Assembly: GCF_006345805.1 (NCBI RefSeq)
Contig: NC_042997.1
Span: 166,842,001 to 166,906,000 of the forward strand
From: Octopus sinensis
Lineage: Eukaryota
DNA length: 64,000 bases
Direction of reading: 5' to 3'
This document shows, in pieces, positions 1-13,113 of this stretch; the stretch's first letter is position 1, and the number at the start of each line of letters is the position of its first letter. The notes beneath the pieces are model-generated. The model was given only the letters and a program-made list of their open reading frames with translations. It had not been told where the DNA came from and searched no databases. The translations under genes were made by a program, and so were the position numbers.

Positions 1-189
1 GACTACTTCACATTTATCGCCTGCGTTAACACATTTTCCTCCTCAAATCTCGTGTGATCGGCTCTTGTTCTCGTATTTCATACGAGCCAGCAATCATTTT
101 GTCTTGGTTCTTCTTCAGTAGCAAAACCGAAGTCTTCTAAACTTTCTTCCACATACTGCCACACATGTAAACTGCAGTGATTAGCTAGT

Positions 190-205
190 ATGCGTGTGTG
201 TGTGC

Positions 206-274
<69 letters not shown>

Positions 275-318
275 ATCTATCTACTATCTATCATCTATCT
301 ACGGACATACATACACAC

Positions 319-362
<44 letters not shown>

Positions 363-680
363 TATATATGTATATAGTATATATATATATGTTATATTTG
401 TATATATATATGTATATATATATATGTATATGTATACTATATATATATGTATATATATATATGTATTATATATAATGTATATAATATATGTATATATATA
501 TATATGTATATGTATATATATATGTAATATATATATATGTATATATATATATTGTATATTATATATATGTATATATATATGTATATATATATATATGTAT
601 ATATATATGTATATATATGTATATATATATATGTATAAATGTATGTTATATAAGGTATATATATATGTATATGAAGGGTG
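190..680. repeat. (TATC)n and (TA/TATG)n microsatellite block
   Basis: Directly visible; gives the YLSI/IYIY ORFs. Confidence 0.97.
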
Positions 681-765
681 AAATAATTAATTTGGAATAA
701 TTATCAATTACACCAAGTAGTCTTCGGCATGTAAAAAGCCTCATTTGAGGAAAATTAAGTAATAT

Positions 766-966
766 AAGCAATAAGGGTTCAGCAACGAATTGCCTTACCA
801 CATCCGAATTTAGAAATAGCAGTCAAAGGGTTATAGCTATTTTCTACTAAAAAGGGAGTGCTGTTTTACTGAGTCTCCCTTTTTAGTAGAAGAAATAGCT
901 ATAACCCTTTGACTGTATTTCTAAATTCTGTATGGTATAGCAATCGTTGCTGAACCCTTATTGCTT
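766..966. mobile_element. Palindromic (fold-back) element, arms ~92 bp, 16-nt loop
   Basis: 766-858 is the near-perfect reverse complement of 875-966. Flanked by (TA)n. Confidence 0.8.
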
Positions 967-1089
967 TGTATATATATATGTATATATATGATAATGTATA
1001 TAATATGTATATAGTATATTATATGTATATATATATATGTATATATATGTATATATGTATATATATATATGTATATATATGTATATAAC

Positions 1090-1500
1090 TTAGAATAACT
1101 TAGAAAGGTTTTGGCCAGTATTGGCCCAGGCCATCTCTAACTTAATAGCACCACCTGGCGAAGTCTTTCAATTCAGGATTTGGGCACCGAGGCCCATTCG
1201 AGCAGAGAGTTATTGTTTGCGGAGACATATCCGGGTGTGGGTGGTTTGTCCGGGACTGTTTGAAGGAATTTGTCCAAAGACTTCTTGAATTTTGTGTGAT
1301 CAGTTTCTGTTTTGACGTGTTCTGGTGTAAGAGCGGGTCCAATTGAGGTGGTGAAATAATTGTGCCGTATTGTCGTTATGTGATGCGATTTAGATTTTTG
1401 TTGTGGACAGATGGTACGTGGTCCAATCCTTGGATGTATTTTGAAGGTGATGCCAACATCATTCGGACAGTGCTGATGGAATATTTTCCACATCATACAG
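1090..1500 (-). mobile_element. CR1/L2-group LINE 3' fragment (ORF2 C-terminus and tail)
   Basis: [21 protein letters not shown]...NSL resembles the C-terminal motif of CR1-group ORF2. Short repeated tail (ctaagttat)x2. Confidence 0.7.
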
Positions 1501-1558
1501 ATAATGTATATATGTATATGTATATATATATGTATATATATGTATATATATGTGTATG

Positions 1559-1589
<31 letters not shown>

Positions 1590-2125
1590 GTATATATATA
1601 TATGTATATATATATATGTATATATATATATGTGTATATATATGTATATATATATATGTATATATATATGTATATATATATATATGTATATATATATGTA
1701 TATATGTATGTATATATATGTATATATGTATATATATGTAATATATGTATATATGTATATATGTATATATCTATATGTGTATATATATATATATGTATAT
1801 ATTATGTATATATATATATGTATATATATATATATGTATGTATATATATATGTATATACGTATGTATATATATATGTATGTATATATATGTATATATGTA
1901 TATATGTATATATATATGTATATAATGTATATATGTATATATGTATATATATATAGTATATATATATGTATATATATATGTAATATATGTATATATGTAT
2001 ATATGTATGTATATATATATATGTATATATATATGTATATATATATGTATATATATATATGTATATATATATATGTAATATATATGATATAATATGTATT
2101 ATATATATATATATGTATTATATAT

Positions 2126-2183
<58 letters not shown>

Positions 2184-2220
2184 GTGTGTGTGCGTGTGTG
2201 TGTGGTATGCATTTTGTGTG
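1500..2220. repeat. (TA)n/(TATG)n microsatellite
   Basis: Directly visible. Confidence 0.97.
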
Positions 2221-2949
2221 TCTATGTGTGTGCATACGCGCTGAAATATATTTGTGTACATGTATGCGTGACTCCACTTAAAACCGTGCAAAATACAGTC
2301 ACCTCTTTCACTTGATATTTTCTTCAAGTTGTTATAACATTCAAGGTAAAATGTTAGCATCAAATTCTAATTGTGTCTTTTACGCATGGTAAGACACGAA
2401 ACTCTTTATTGCTTGCTGAATTTGCTGAAAAAGACGGTGTTTTAAAAGACCCTAAGGTTACACAAATAGTTTGTAGCTTTCTAATCAATTTACTAAAATT
2501 ATTCGCCTGTGAACAGCTCTTGATTTAATTTTCCACAAAAAAAAATAATAAAAAAAGGAAGAAAGAAAGAAAGAAACCCAGCTTACCGAGACCGCCACCA
2601 GCACCAGCATTATCATCATTACCACCACCGCCACCACCACCACCATCACCACTACCACCATCACCACTACCACCACCACCATCATCGTCACCACCGTCGT
2701 GGGACATCGTCAACACCAACTGCGTTAATAAAAACTTTATGAAGAACAGTTGCGATGCCAAGAATTCAAGTGAGACCGTTAATGAGTTAATCGTTGGCTT
2801 CCAGTGTCTGACTGATACTTTATTTTATCGACCTTGGAAGTGGAATAAAAGATAAACCCAACCATGGTGGAGTTTAGGTGTAACGAAATAACGTAGGATA
2901 TTTAGAAGGTGCGATACCGATTGTACCAAATACACCATTCTAATAATGA

Positions 2950-3150
2950 TTTCAAATTTTGGTATATGGCCAGCAGTTTAGGGTGGGGGGAGAGGGCTAA
3001 TCGAATAAATCGACCCAAGTGATCAACCGGTACTTATTTTATCGATCCCGAAAGGGATGAAAGACAAAGTCGACCTCAGCGGGATTTGAACTCAGAACGT
3101 AAAGATGGACGAAATGCCGCTAAGCATTTTTCCTGGCGTGCTAACAATTC
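2950..3150 (-). mobile_element. SINE family A, diverged copy
   Basis: Contains aaagtcgacctcagcgggatttgaactcagaacgtaaa (reverse B box) and the head remnant gctaagcatttt. Confidence 0.8.
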
Positions 3151-3250
3151 TTAATTTTTTATTGCCCACAGGGGGTCAAACATAGAGCGGACGACACAAT
3201 TGGTCTGGAGCCAGGTGAAAGACACTAATATGAAAAAAATCGACTAAAAA

Positions 3251-3650
3251 TCTATTATATAAAATCCGTTCCGTGTGGTGTGTGTGTGTGTGTGTCTTCT
3301 AGGATCTCGGGCATCCTCCATCCGATTGCGCTCAAATTTGATATGTAGATACCGACAGTATCAGGGCGTGTATAAGTCTCGAAAAAATTACAAAAATCGA
3401 TTCCAGGTGAGTATGCGATCGATAAAGCCGTGCGTACGTGCATTTGTACGCGCAAGTACATCAGCTGTTGCGATCGATACTACACGTACGCGAGAAAAAT
3501 GCACGTGCAATTTGCGCAAAAAAGCCGGCTGGCTTGAAATAATGCCACAAAATGGGACGCTCGGATAAGTTGTTTTGAGAAAATTTGGTTTAAATGTTTG
3601 ACAACTCAGCACCGTCCATTGGAAGGGGGGCGTTTTGCTCGTTTATAATA
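3251..3650 (+). mobile_element. Non-autonomous Helitron-like 5' portion
   Basis: Starts A|TCTATTATATAAAATCC followed by (GT)n and ccgatt...aaatttg, typical of animal Helitron 5' ends. No 3' CTAG end found. Confidence 0.5.
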
Positions 3651-3654
3651 AAAT

Positions 3655-5430
3655 CGGAACGAACAATTATACAAACAATGAAGTGGGGGACAAGTTCTGC
3701 TTTGGCCTCGCAAGCCCCGATCCTCCCCTGCGACCTTTATATGAACACTTTTAAGCGGAAACATTCACTGTCTCCTTTCTCGTACCTTCTTTCCATTTTT
3801 TCATATATACGTCCAGCTACAGGCACTCCTTCTTCACCCTTATTTTCCTTTTCAGGTGGAAGGTGAGAAACCTCACTAACCCAAGGCTGGAGGTGAAAAT
3901 GCCTGTCACAATTCCTTTCATACGGGTCTTCCACACTACTTCTTTCGTAATAGCTACTACAGTGAGAAAAGCCTTACCTTCTTTATCAAAGGAGGAAGGG
4001 GGAGCAATTTTTTATGATCGACTCGGAAGACAGCTGTACTCTTCCCAGCCGTGACAACAGATGTTCAACGCAAACCCACATTGCTGTAATTTTGGGGCAT
4101 TGTACAATAGCGAGCAGAACGGTTTCCCTGTCCTGCTTGCATCCACCATGCTTTGCGAGTTTATTGCGAACGGTTAACGCACCTCGGGAACATAGTCAGG
4201 TCAGAGATCTCTGGAAGTTATCCAAAGACCCTGGCCCCAATATTCTTTGGAACAGGCTGGCTAACTGATTTTCATCGAAGCCCAGAGTCTTCCCCATTCC
4301 ACGCCTCTACCAAGCCCCGCCGCTGGCATTGCAAGTGCGAGACAGAAACCGGAGTGATTCCATCTGCCACTCGCCATAATTTGGTCTGCGTTGGATCCAT
4401 GGTTCTAGTTCATTAAAGCTACTGAACCCAGGAAGTAGCCATCTGACGAATGGAGACCACACCTGTTCACCATCCAGGTAGAGCTACAGATGTCTAATTT
4501 GCGCATCAACAGCTAAGGCATCCCTAGCCCACTCTTTAGCGGGTGTTTTGCAGCAGACACAGCGCTTCGCCAGCGGACCTTTACCCTTCCACAAGAAGTG
4601 GAAAAGGAGCCGTTCCAACATGTTTTGTCACGAAACGGGACAATGTACGAGGGTTAGATGTAGGTAATCACAGAAGCATTAAGCACCTCTGCTACCTCCA
4701 CCCTCCCTTTCAAGGATAACCACCACTCAGACCAGGTCTGAGTTAGTGAGTCACCTTGCTCGCCACTTCACCCCAATTCTTCTCTAGCTGGAGTTGTGGT
4801 CCAAACTGGCCATTTCGTCCACGCCCCACGACGCTTTTGGAAGGCATCGACTTGCCTCTCCAGGTGCCGAGTTGCAAGCCGACTGATTTTTCTCGGTTAA
4901 TTTTTGCTCCTGCCACCGCCTCGTATTTTTGCTCTTGCCACCACCTCATGAGTCAAAAGAAACTTATTGAGTTTCCGGTCGCTGTAGCTGAGATAGTGAA
5001 AATGTGGACGACTAACTAAGTTTTTATCTAGTTCCTTAATTAGTATCCTGTTTAGATAAAATCTAGATGACACGTCGGTATTCATCCATGTCCACAATGG
5101 AGCGTTTGGGCCGTCTAGTCTATACCTACCTGCTAGCTGAAAACGGTTAAGCATTTTTATGAAACACTGATCTCCTCTTCTAACAATGCAACCCACGCGT
5201 GCATCGTAGATTGCGTTAAAGTCCCCTAACATCACTATAGAATGAGATGAACAAAGAAACTTCTCCATGCTTCGAAAAAAATCAGCTTTTTCTGCCACTG
5301 CAGGGGTGTAAACCGATACCAATCTGAAAGTCTTACCGCTGCACGTCACACCCACGACGACCAGCCTGCCCTCCGGATCCATAAAACGTAAATATGGACG
5401 AAATGCCCGGTGTGTTAACGACGCTGCCAA
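3655..5430 (-). mobile_element. Tx1/L1-clade LINE remnant: APE endonuclease joined to the post-RT region and Cys motif, RT core deleted
   Basis: VSVYTP...VMLGDFNA...WTW...SDR endonuclease motifs, then AKINREKSVGLQLG...NWGEV. The 3' half is homologous to the copy at 21730-23200. Frameshifted. Confidence 0.85.
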
Positions 5431-5699
5431 TTTGCCGCTTTATACACCGTTCTAAAAATTAGCAACAAAGACGATGACGACAAAGCCGATAATGGTGTTG
5501 ATAATTTCAAACGTTGGCATAAATTCATATATTTTCAAAAAAAAAAAAAAAAGAATATAATAACTTGATTACTGGTAATTTTCTTTTTTTATATTAATAA
5601 GCAATGTTGATTCAAATAGAATTTGATCTTGGAATAAAATCAATTAGGACAGCCGCAGCAACAACAACTGTAATAATATTCTTTCTGACTTTGGGCGTA

Positions 5700-6712
5700 A
5701 GACCAGCAATTTTGAGGCGAGAAGGAAGTCGATTACATCGATCACATCAGTCAAATGGTACTTATTTTAACTGCCAATAAAATGAAAGGTAAAGTCGATC
5801 ACGGCAGCCTTTGTACTCAGAAAGTAAAGAGCGGAAAGAAATATCTATTTCTTTAACGCCCACAGGGGGCTAAACATAAAGGGGACAAACAAGGACAGAC
5901 AAAGGAATTAAGTCGATTACATCGACCCCAGTGCGTAACTGGTGCTTATTTAATCGACCCAAAAAGGATGAAAAGCAAAGTCGATCTCGGCGGAATTTGA
6001 ACTCAGAACGTAACGACAGACGAAATACCTATTTCTTTACTACCCACAAGGGGCTAAACACAGAAGGAACAAACAAGGACAGACAAACGGATTAAGTCGA
6101 TTATATCGACCCCAGTGCGTAACTGGTACTTATTTAATCGACCCAAAAAGGATGAAAGGCAAAGTCGATCTCGGCGGAATTTGAACTCAGAACGTAATAA
6201 CGGCAGACGAAATATCAATTTCTTTACTACCCACAAGGGGCTAAACACAGAAGGAACAAACAAGGACAGACAAACGGATTAAGTCGATTATATCGACCCC
6301 AGTGCGTAACTGGTACTTATTTAATCGACCCAAAAAGGATGAAAGGCAAAGTCGATCTCGGCGGAATTTGAACTCAGAACGTAATAACGGCAGACGAAAT
6401 ATCAATTTCTTTACTACCCACAAGGGGCTAAACACAGAAGGAACAAACAAGGACAGACAAACGGATTAAGTCGATTATATCGACCCCAGTGCGTAACTGG
6501 TACTTATTTAATCGACCCAAAAAGGATGAAAGGCAAAGTCGACCTCGGCGGAATTTGAACTCAGAACGTAATGGCAGACGAAATACTGCTGAGAATTTCG
6601 CCCCGTGTGCTAACAATTCTGCCAGCTCACCGCCCTGCTAGCCCGCCGCCGAAAGAAATATCGCTAAGCATTTTGCCTGATACGATAACGACTCTACCAG
6701 CACGCCGCCCTA
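5700..6712 (-). mobile_element. Older SINE A copy split by the tetramer (head 6651-6712, body 5700-5845)
   Basis: The diverged head and body rejoin across the TSD. Confidence 0.75.
5846..6650 (-). mobile_element. SINE family A tetramer (one tRNA-like head + four ~185-187 bp bodies)
   Basis: Identical ORF translations at a 187-bp offset (6054/6241). 12-bp TSD gaaagaaatatc at 5834-5845 and 6651-6662. Confidence 0.9.
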
Positions 6713-6739
6713 ACAACATTTATATTCTTTCTATTATAG

Positions 6740-6950
6740 GCACCATGCCTGAAATTTTGGTGGGAGGGGCCAGTTCATTACATCCATCCTAGTATTTGAC
6801 AGGTACTTTATTTTATTGACCCCGAAAATTTGAAGGGCAAAGTTGACCTCAGCGGCATTTGAACTCAGAACGTAAAGTTGGAAAAAAATGCCACTAAGCA
6901 TTTTGTCCGGCATATTAACGATTCTGCTGGTTCGTCACTTTAAGAACAGA

Positions 6951-7031
<81 letters not shown>

Positions 7032-7760
7032 TTTAAGGCGTTGAGCAGGCAGAATCTTTAACATGCCGGTCAAAATGCTTAGCAGCATTTCGTCTGTCTT
7101 TACGTTCTGATTTCAAATTCCGCCGAGATCGACTTTGCCTTTCATCCTTTCGGAGTCGATAAAATATGTACTAGTTGAACATTGGAGTCGATTTAATCGA
7201 CTTGCCCCCTCTTCGAAATTACTGGCGTTGTACCAAAATTTTGAAACCAATGATAATATTTTTCGATATTTAGTGCCAAAATTATTTCGCACTTAATAGT
7301 TCGTTAAACATTAAGGCATTGAGCGGGAAAATCATTATCGCACCGGCTGAAAAACGCTAAGCAGCGTTTCGTTCGTCTTTACGTTCTGAGTTTAAATTCC
7401 ACCGAGGTCGACTTAGCCTTTCATCCTTTCGAGGTCGATAAGATAAGCACCAGTTGATGATGGGATCGATGTAATCGATTTACTCGCTTCCCCGAAACCG
7501 CTAGCCTTGTACCAAAATTTGAAACAAACATTTCAGTGGGGCAAAGGCGGTGAGCTGGCAGAATCGTTAGCGTGCCGGACAAAATACTTAGTCGTTTATT
7601 CCGGCTCTTTACGTTCTGAGTTCAAATTCCACCGACGTCGACTTTGCCTTTCATCCTTTCGAGATCAATGTCGATAAAGTAAAGTACCAATCAAATACTA
7701 CAGTCGAGGTAATCGATTTGTTCCTCCCCTCAATATTGCTGACCTTGTGCCAAAATAAAA
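6740..7760. mobile_element. Four further SINE A copies (6740-6940 minus; 7035-7250, 7315-7530, 7545-7760 plus) around (AAT)n 6951-7030
   Basis: Each has the ggcgagctggcagaa-type head, the gttcaaattcc B box and the gtcgactttgcctttcatcc core. Confidence 0.85.
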
Positions 7761-8749
7761 AAAAAACAAAACTATTTCAGTGGACAGTATCAATGACCCA
7801 GGATCGTTATATTTTATCTGCCCTGGTCAATAGATTTGATAAGGAAGGTTTCAGATTACCCGATCTGCATTGACACATTAACGCAGAAGAGGAATTAATT
7901 GCTGGCAAAGCATTCAATAGTATAGAAAAGTATTCAAGAATTTGCTATTGAATGGGAGATGAATATAACTTAGTTGATAGATTTCTAGACAATATATCGG
8001 AGGGTTTGCGATTCGTATCTTGCTACTGGTTGTAACGATTAGTTGTCAATGTTCTTGTCCACCAAGCCGAAGGAATGTGATAAGGAGTACTGGGTAACGA
8101 CAACATTGTGAAATTTGTTGTATGCAACACTAAAAAAAAAAAAAAAAAAAAAGAAATCCTCATCTCTGTGATCTCTGTGATAACACGTTTAACCTTTCAA
8201 CTGCGAAATTATATTTCATAGTTATTCGAGTAATGATGTAAATAACTGCCAAAAAATAGAACTGGTATTTTCTACAAGTTACATTGCCTCAATAAACCTG
8301 ACATGTCTCAATAAAAAATAGTTCAGACATGACATTCCACAACGAAAAATAGATTGCTATATAAAATTTGCTTTCTGCAATTTTGAGTGGAGATATCCGA
8401 TTTTCGCAGTAGATAGACTAAGCTCACACCTATGTACATATAAAGAGAGGTTGGGATTTCAGCGCATGGGATATTAGAAACTGAATATGAAACTTTGAAT
8501 TCAGTTTTTGCAAATAGTGATTAAAGGCGCAGGAGTGGCTATGTGGTAAGTAGCTTGGAGGTGTATTTTCGTTGTCTGTGTTACACAGAGTGTGAAGGTA
8601 TGGGTATGTTTGGTTTGCAACACATAAACACATGGTTCTAAATTTGGTCACATTATACGACCAAAATGTTTTTTTATTGCCCTAAATTCGAGTTAATCAA
8701 TACCATTTGAATGAATTTTTGGAACAGAGCAAAGGTCTATAAGTCTACA

Positions 8750-8780
<31 letters not shown>

Positions 8781-8784
8781 TCTC

Positions 8785-9095
8785 TCTAGTTTCAGCTCAG
8801 AGCTGCGGCCATGCTGATGCACTGCCGTTTTGCTACACTGTTATTACTAAGAGCCTCCTCTAATATGTGGCACTTGATGAAGAATGAAGTTTGATATAGC
8901 TACCCTCATTTGCACCTCTTGCCGTGAAGTAGGTTCATCTGCGACTCTCGACAGGAAGAGGTCCAGCTTTGATTTAAAAACCCTTACATCTACTTTGTGC
9001 AAGTTCCTCAGACTCTTTGGGAGAATATTAAACAGAGGTGGGCTCTTGAAACCCAGGCTGTTGCAGTAACTGGTCCTGAAACGTGATGCATTTAT
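8785..9095 (-). mobile_element. CR1-group LINE 3' fragment with tail
   Basis: CNSLGFKSPPLFNILPKSLRNL...VFKSKLDLFLSRVADEP, then tail cagcatggccgcagctctgagctgaaact. Confidence 0.8.
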
Positions 9096-9799
9096 GTATG
9101 TAAGTGTTTCTGCTATACATTGGCAAAAGATATAAATATCGGCTTGAAAAGTGGGGCTTTCAAATGAAAATGCCATGTGTAGTATTTTGTTCGCAGAGTT
9201 AGACAAACCGTTTTTGCCTAGGCCATTAGAAATTAGGGATGAAATAGTAACTCACCGCTTAGAAACCTGCAAACAATGACACACTAAATCTCATCCATTG
9301 TTGTATGAAGTAAATAAATAGATAAATAAGTAAATAAATTAAAACATTCGACACCATATTCCTAAACCGGTCATATTGTTACCTCACCTGCTTTTTATAT
9401 CTTGTTATCATTTTTCTTTTATCACTTTTCACCAACTGAAAGCGGGAAGACGATGTAGATGAGAGCATCGGTAGCAACTTCAAGATTTCAATTCATATCA
9501 TCGGTGTTAAGATTTCTGTGCCCGTAACCAACACACCTAACTCTCATTGGCATCCGGGTTTCAGTAGATTCTATTAAAACTAACGAAAGCACTGTAAGGT
9601 AAAACGAGTGCGCCACTAATTTGCAGAGGTGTATTCCAATACTCGAATAAAAGTAATTCGAGGGAAAATGGGTCTAACTATATTTACTCTTCCCATTCTT
9701 CATGACACTGAAACTAAATTATACCGGACAAATTCGTCTAAATATACAATGTATATTTACCCCAAGATATCGTACGTGAACTTAACGATATTAAACGGA

Positions 9800-9990
9800 C
9801 AAACAAGGACAGACAAACGGATTAAGTCGATTATATCGGCCCCAGTGCGTAACTGGAACTTAATTTATCGACTCCGAAAGGATGAAAGGCAAAGTCGGCC
9901 TCGGCGGAATTTGAACTCAGAACGTAAAGACAGACGAAATACCACGAGGCATTTCGTGCGGCGTGCTAACGTTTCCGCCAGCTCGCCGCT
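9800..9990 (-). mobile_element. SINE family A copy
   Basis: Matches the body and head of the other copies. Confidence 0.85.
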
Positions 9991-10400
9991 TTAGAAGGAG
10001 AAATGTATGGATAAATTCAGTTATAATTTTCGATGTAAGGCGATTTTAGACATATAAGCTTCTTTGATGTACGAAAATAAAACACACCCACTGACAACTG
10101 GTCTATCTACTTCAAATTAGAATTTATATAATATTCGAAAAGTAAAAACAAAGCAGACCAGAATTAAAATAATAATAAGACAAAAATAAGTGTTTAAACA
10201 TATTTAATTATCAATATGAGATGGCGGGTAACAGATCCAACCAAAAGGCTTTCGTAGTAAATAACATTGAATGTGTGTGTAATATACATATAATATAAAT
10301 ACAATACATACGTATAAACGGATATAAATTTACACACACTCACACACAGACATGCATATATGTATATATATATATATATATGTATGTATATATATAGATG

Positions 10401-10451
<51 letters not shown>

Positions 10452-10658
10452 TATATAAATTTACACACATATACACATATGTATGTTATAAATGTATATA
10501 TATACATATGTGTGTATATGTATATATAAATTTACACACATATACACATATGTATGTTTATATATGTATATATGTATACACATATGTGTATAAATATGCG
10601 CGTACATATACATACATATATATGTATTCATATATACACATATAAGCATGCACTTATG

Positions 10659-10720
<62 letters not shown>

Positions 10721-10869
10721 TATTCGTATGTGTGTACTTGTGTGTTCAAATAAAACATACAAAAGGATAAAATAAGTTTATCCCAGAAACTGTTACGAAA
10801 AATATTCAGTTGTTCGTCATTTTAAGATCAGAGGGACTCAAGTATGGTTAAACTTTATACTTGGACACA

Positions 10870-10899
<30 letters not shown>

Positions 10900-10928
<29 letters not shown>

Positions 10929-11275
10929 TATATATATATAATATATATATATGAATATGTATATGTATAATATATAACACACACACAAACATACACACAA
11001 TATATGCATATTGTGCACATGTATTTGTGTGTGCATGTGTTTGTGTGTATGTGTGTGTGCGTGCGTGCGTGTATTTGTGGTTGGGTCTGTGCGCATGTCT
11101 AATGAGTAAGTATATAACTGGATTCAGAGTTGGGTCGTTATGGAATGAACAATCCTGAAGAGAGACCGAACGCAAATAGTTTTTATAGAATATGTTTCTG
11201 CACATACACACACACACACACATACATACATGCATAAATACATACATACATACATACATACATACATACATACAT

Positions 11276-11306
<31 letters not shown>

Positions 11307-11591
11307 TACATACATACATACATTCATACATACATACATACATACATACATACATTCATTCGTACATACATATGTAAGCATATACATAGAGACATGGCTA
11401 CATGCATGAACACACACGTCCCTCACTTTGTTTCTTTCTCATTATCTCTTCCTCTCTATGTATGTACGTATGTATGTATAATCTATATATATATATAGAT
11501 ATTATATATATATATATATATATGTATGTATGCATGTATGAATATATATATGTATGTATGCATTAATATATATATCTGTATATATATGAAC

Positions 11592-11625
<34 letters not shown>

Positions 11626-11773
11626 ATATATAATCATACATAATATATATTTTGTATTATTATATATATATATATATATATAAATATATACATATATTAT
11701 ATATATAATATATACATATTTACACACCCACACATACACACGCACACCCACACACACACCACACAACACCCAT

Positions 11774-11804
<31 letters not shown>

Positions 11805-12381
11805 CATATATATACATACGTACATACACACACAATCACACACACACACACACATATATATATGCATTAATACATATGTATATACTTATATACTTATATG
11901 CAAGTATATACATCTTAATACCTACACATATATAAATATATATATCTATGCATATGCATATATATGTATGTGTATGTGTGTTAGTGTATGTTTATATATA
12001 CATATGCATGTATTAAACAGTATTTTGCCAATTAGGCAAGCTACTCGGTATTACTGCACAATATAGTATGACTATTATAATAATCAATATTGTTACTATT
12101 CAATAATAACCAGTATGGTTATTGGAATTGTATTATTGAACTTTTTTATGTATATGTCTTTAAATACAAGACTAGGCCAGTGTATACCGTTTGAATAATA
12201 CATACAGGTGAAACTGTGCAGTAATGGACGTGTAACTAACATTATATTCTTTAATACATGCATAAATATACAATCTAGAACTATTTTATTCCGTGTGTGT
12301 TTTCTATGCTGCCATATTCTAATAAATATAAACGTACGTATACAGATTATATTATATAGTATATATTATATATATAATATA

Positions 12382-12424
<43 letters not shown>

Positions 12425-12939
12425 TATGTATATGTATATATATAACACACACCAAAACATACACACATATATATGATATTGTGCACATGTATTTGTGTGT
12501 GCATGTGTTTGTGTGTATGTTTTGTTTGTGTGTGCGTGCGTGCGTTGTATGTGTGGTTGGGTCTGTGCGCATGTCTAATGAGTAAGTATATAACTGGATT
12601 CAGAGTTGGGTCGTTATGGAATGAACAATTCTGAAGAGAGAGAACGCAAATTTTTATAGAATATGTTTCTGCACATATACACACACACACACACATACAT
12701 CATGCATAAATACATACATACATACATACCTATACATACATACATAATTCAACATAACATACATACACACACACATACATACAAAAATACATTCAACATA
12801 CATATATACATTACATACATTACATTCATTCGTACATACATATGTAAGATATACATAGGAGACTGGTACATGCATGAACACACACGTCCCTCACTTTGTT
12901 TCTTTCTCATTATCTCTCCTCTCTATGTATGTACGTATG

Positions 12940-12994
<55 letters not shown>

Positions 12995-13060
12995 TAATAT
13001 GTATGTATGCTGTATGAATTATATATGTATGTATGCATAATATATATATCTGTATAGATG

Positions 13061-13113
<53 letters not shown>

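Noticed and set aside
75-177. Minus-strand stretch LHVWQYVEESLEDFGF with myoglobin-like WxxVE...G spacing after a plausible acceptor
   Set aside because: B9-B12 would be TEEE rather than hydrophobic, there is no B12.2 donor, and no matching exons 2-3 are in view. Probably chance, though it lies at the window edge.
5846-6650. Regular 187-bp array as CRISPR or satellite
   Set aside because: No unique spacers. The units are SINE bodies found singly elsewhere and are bounded by a TSD.
9247-9415. Possible minus-strand mini-exons (ATG...AAGCAG|gtgagg and an 11-nt tttgcag|GTTTCTAAGCG|gtgagt)
   Set aside because: Splice-like motifs only, with no recognisable protein; they need RNA-seq support.
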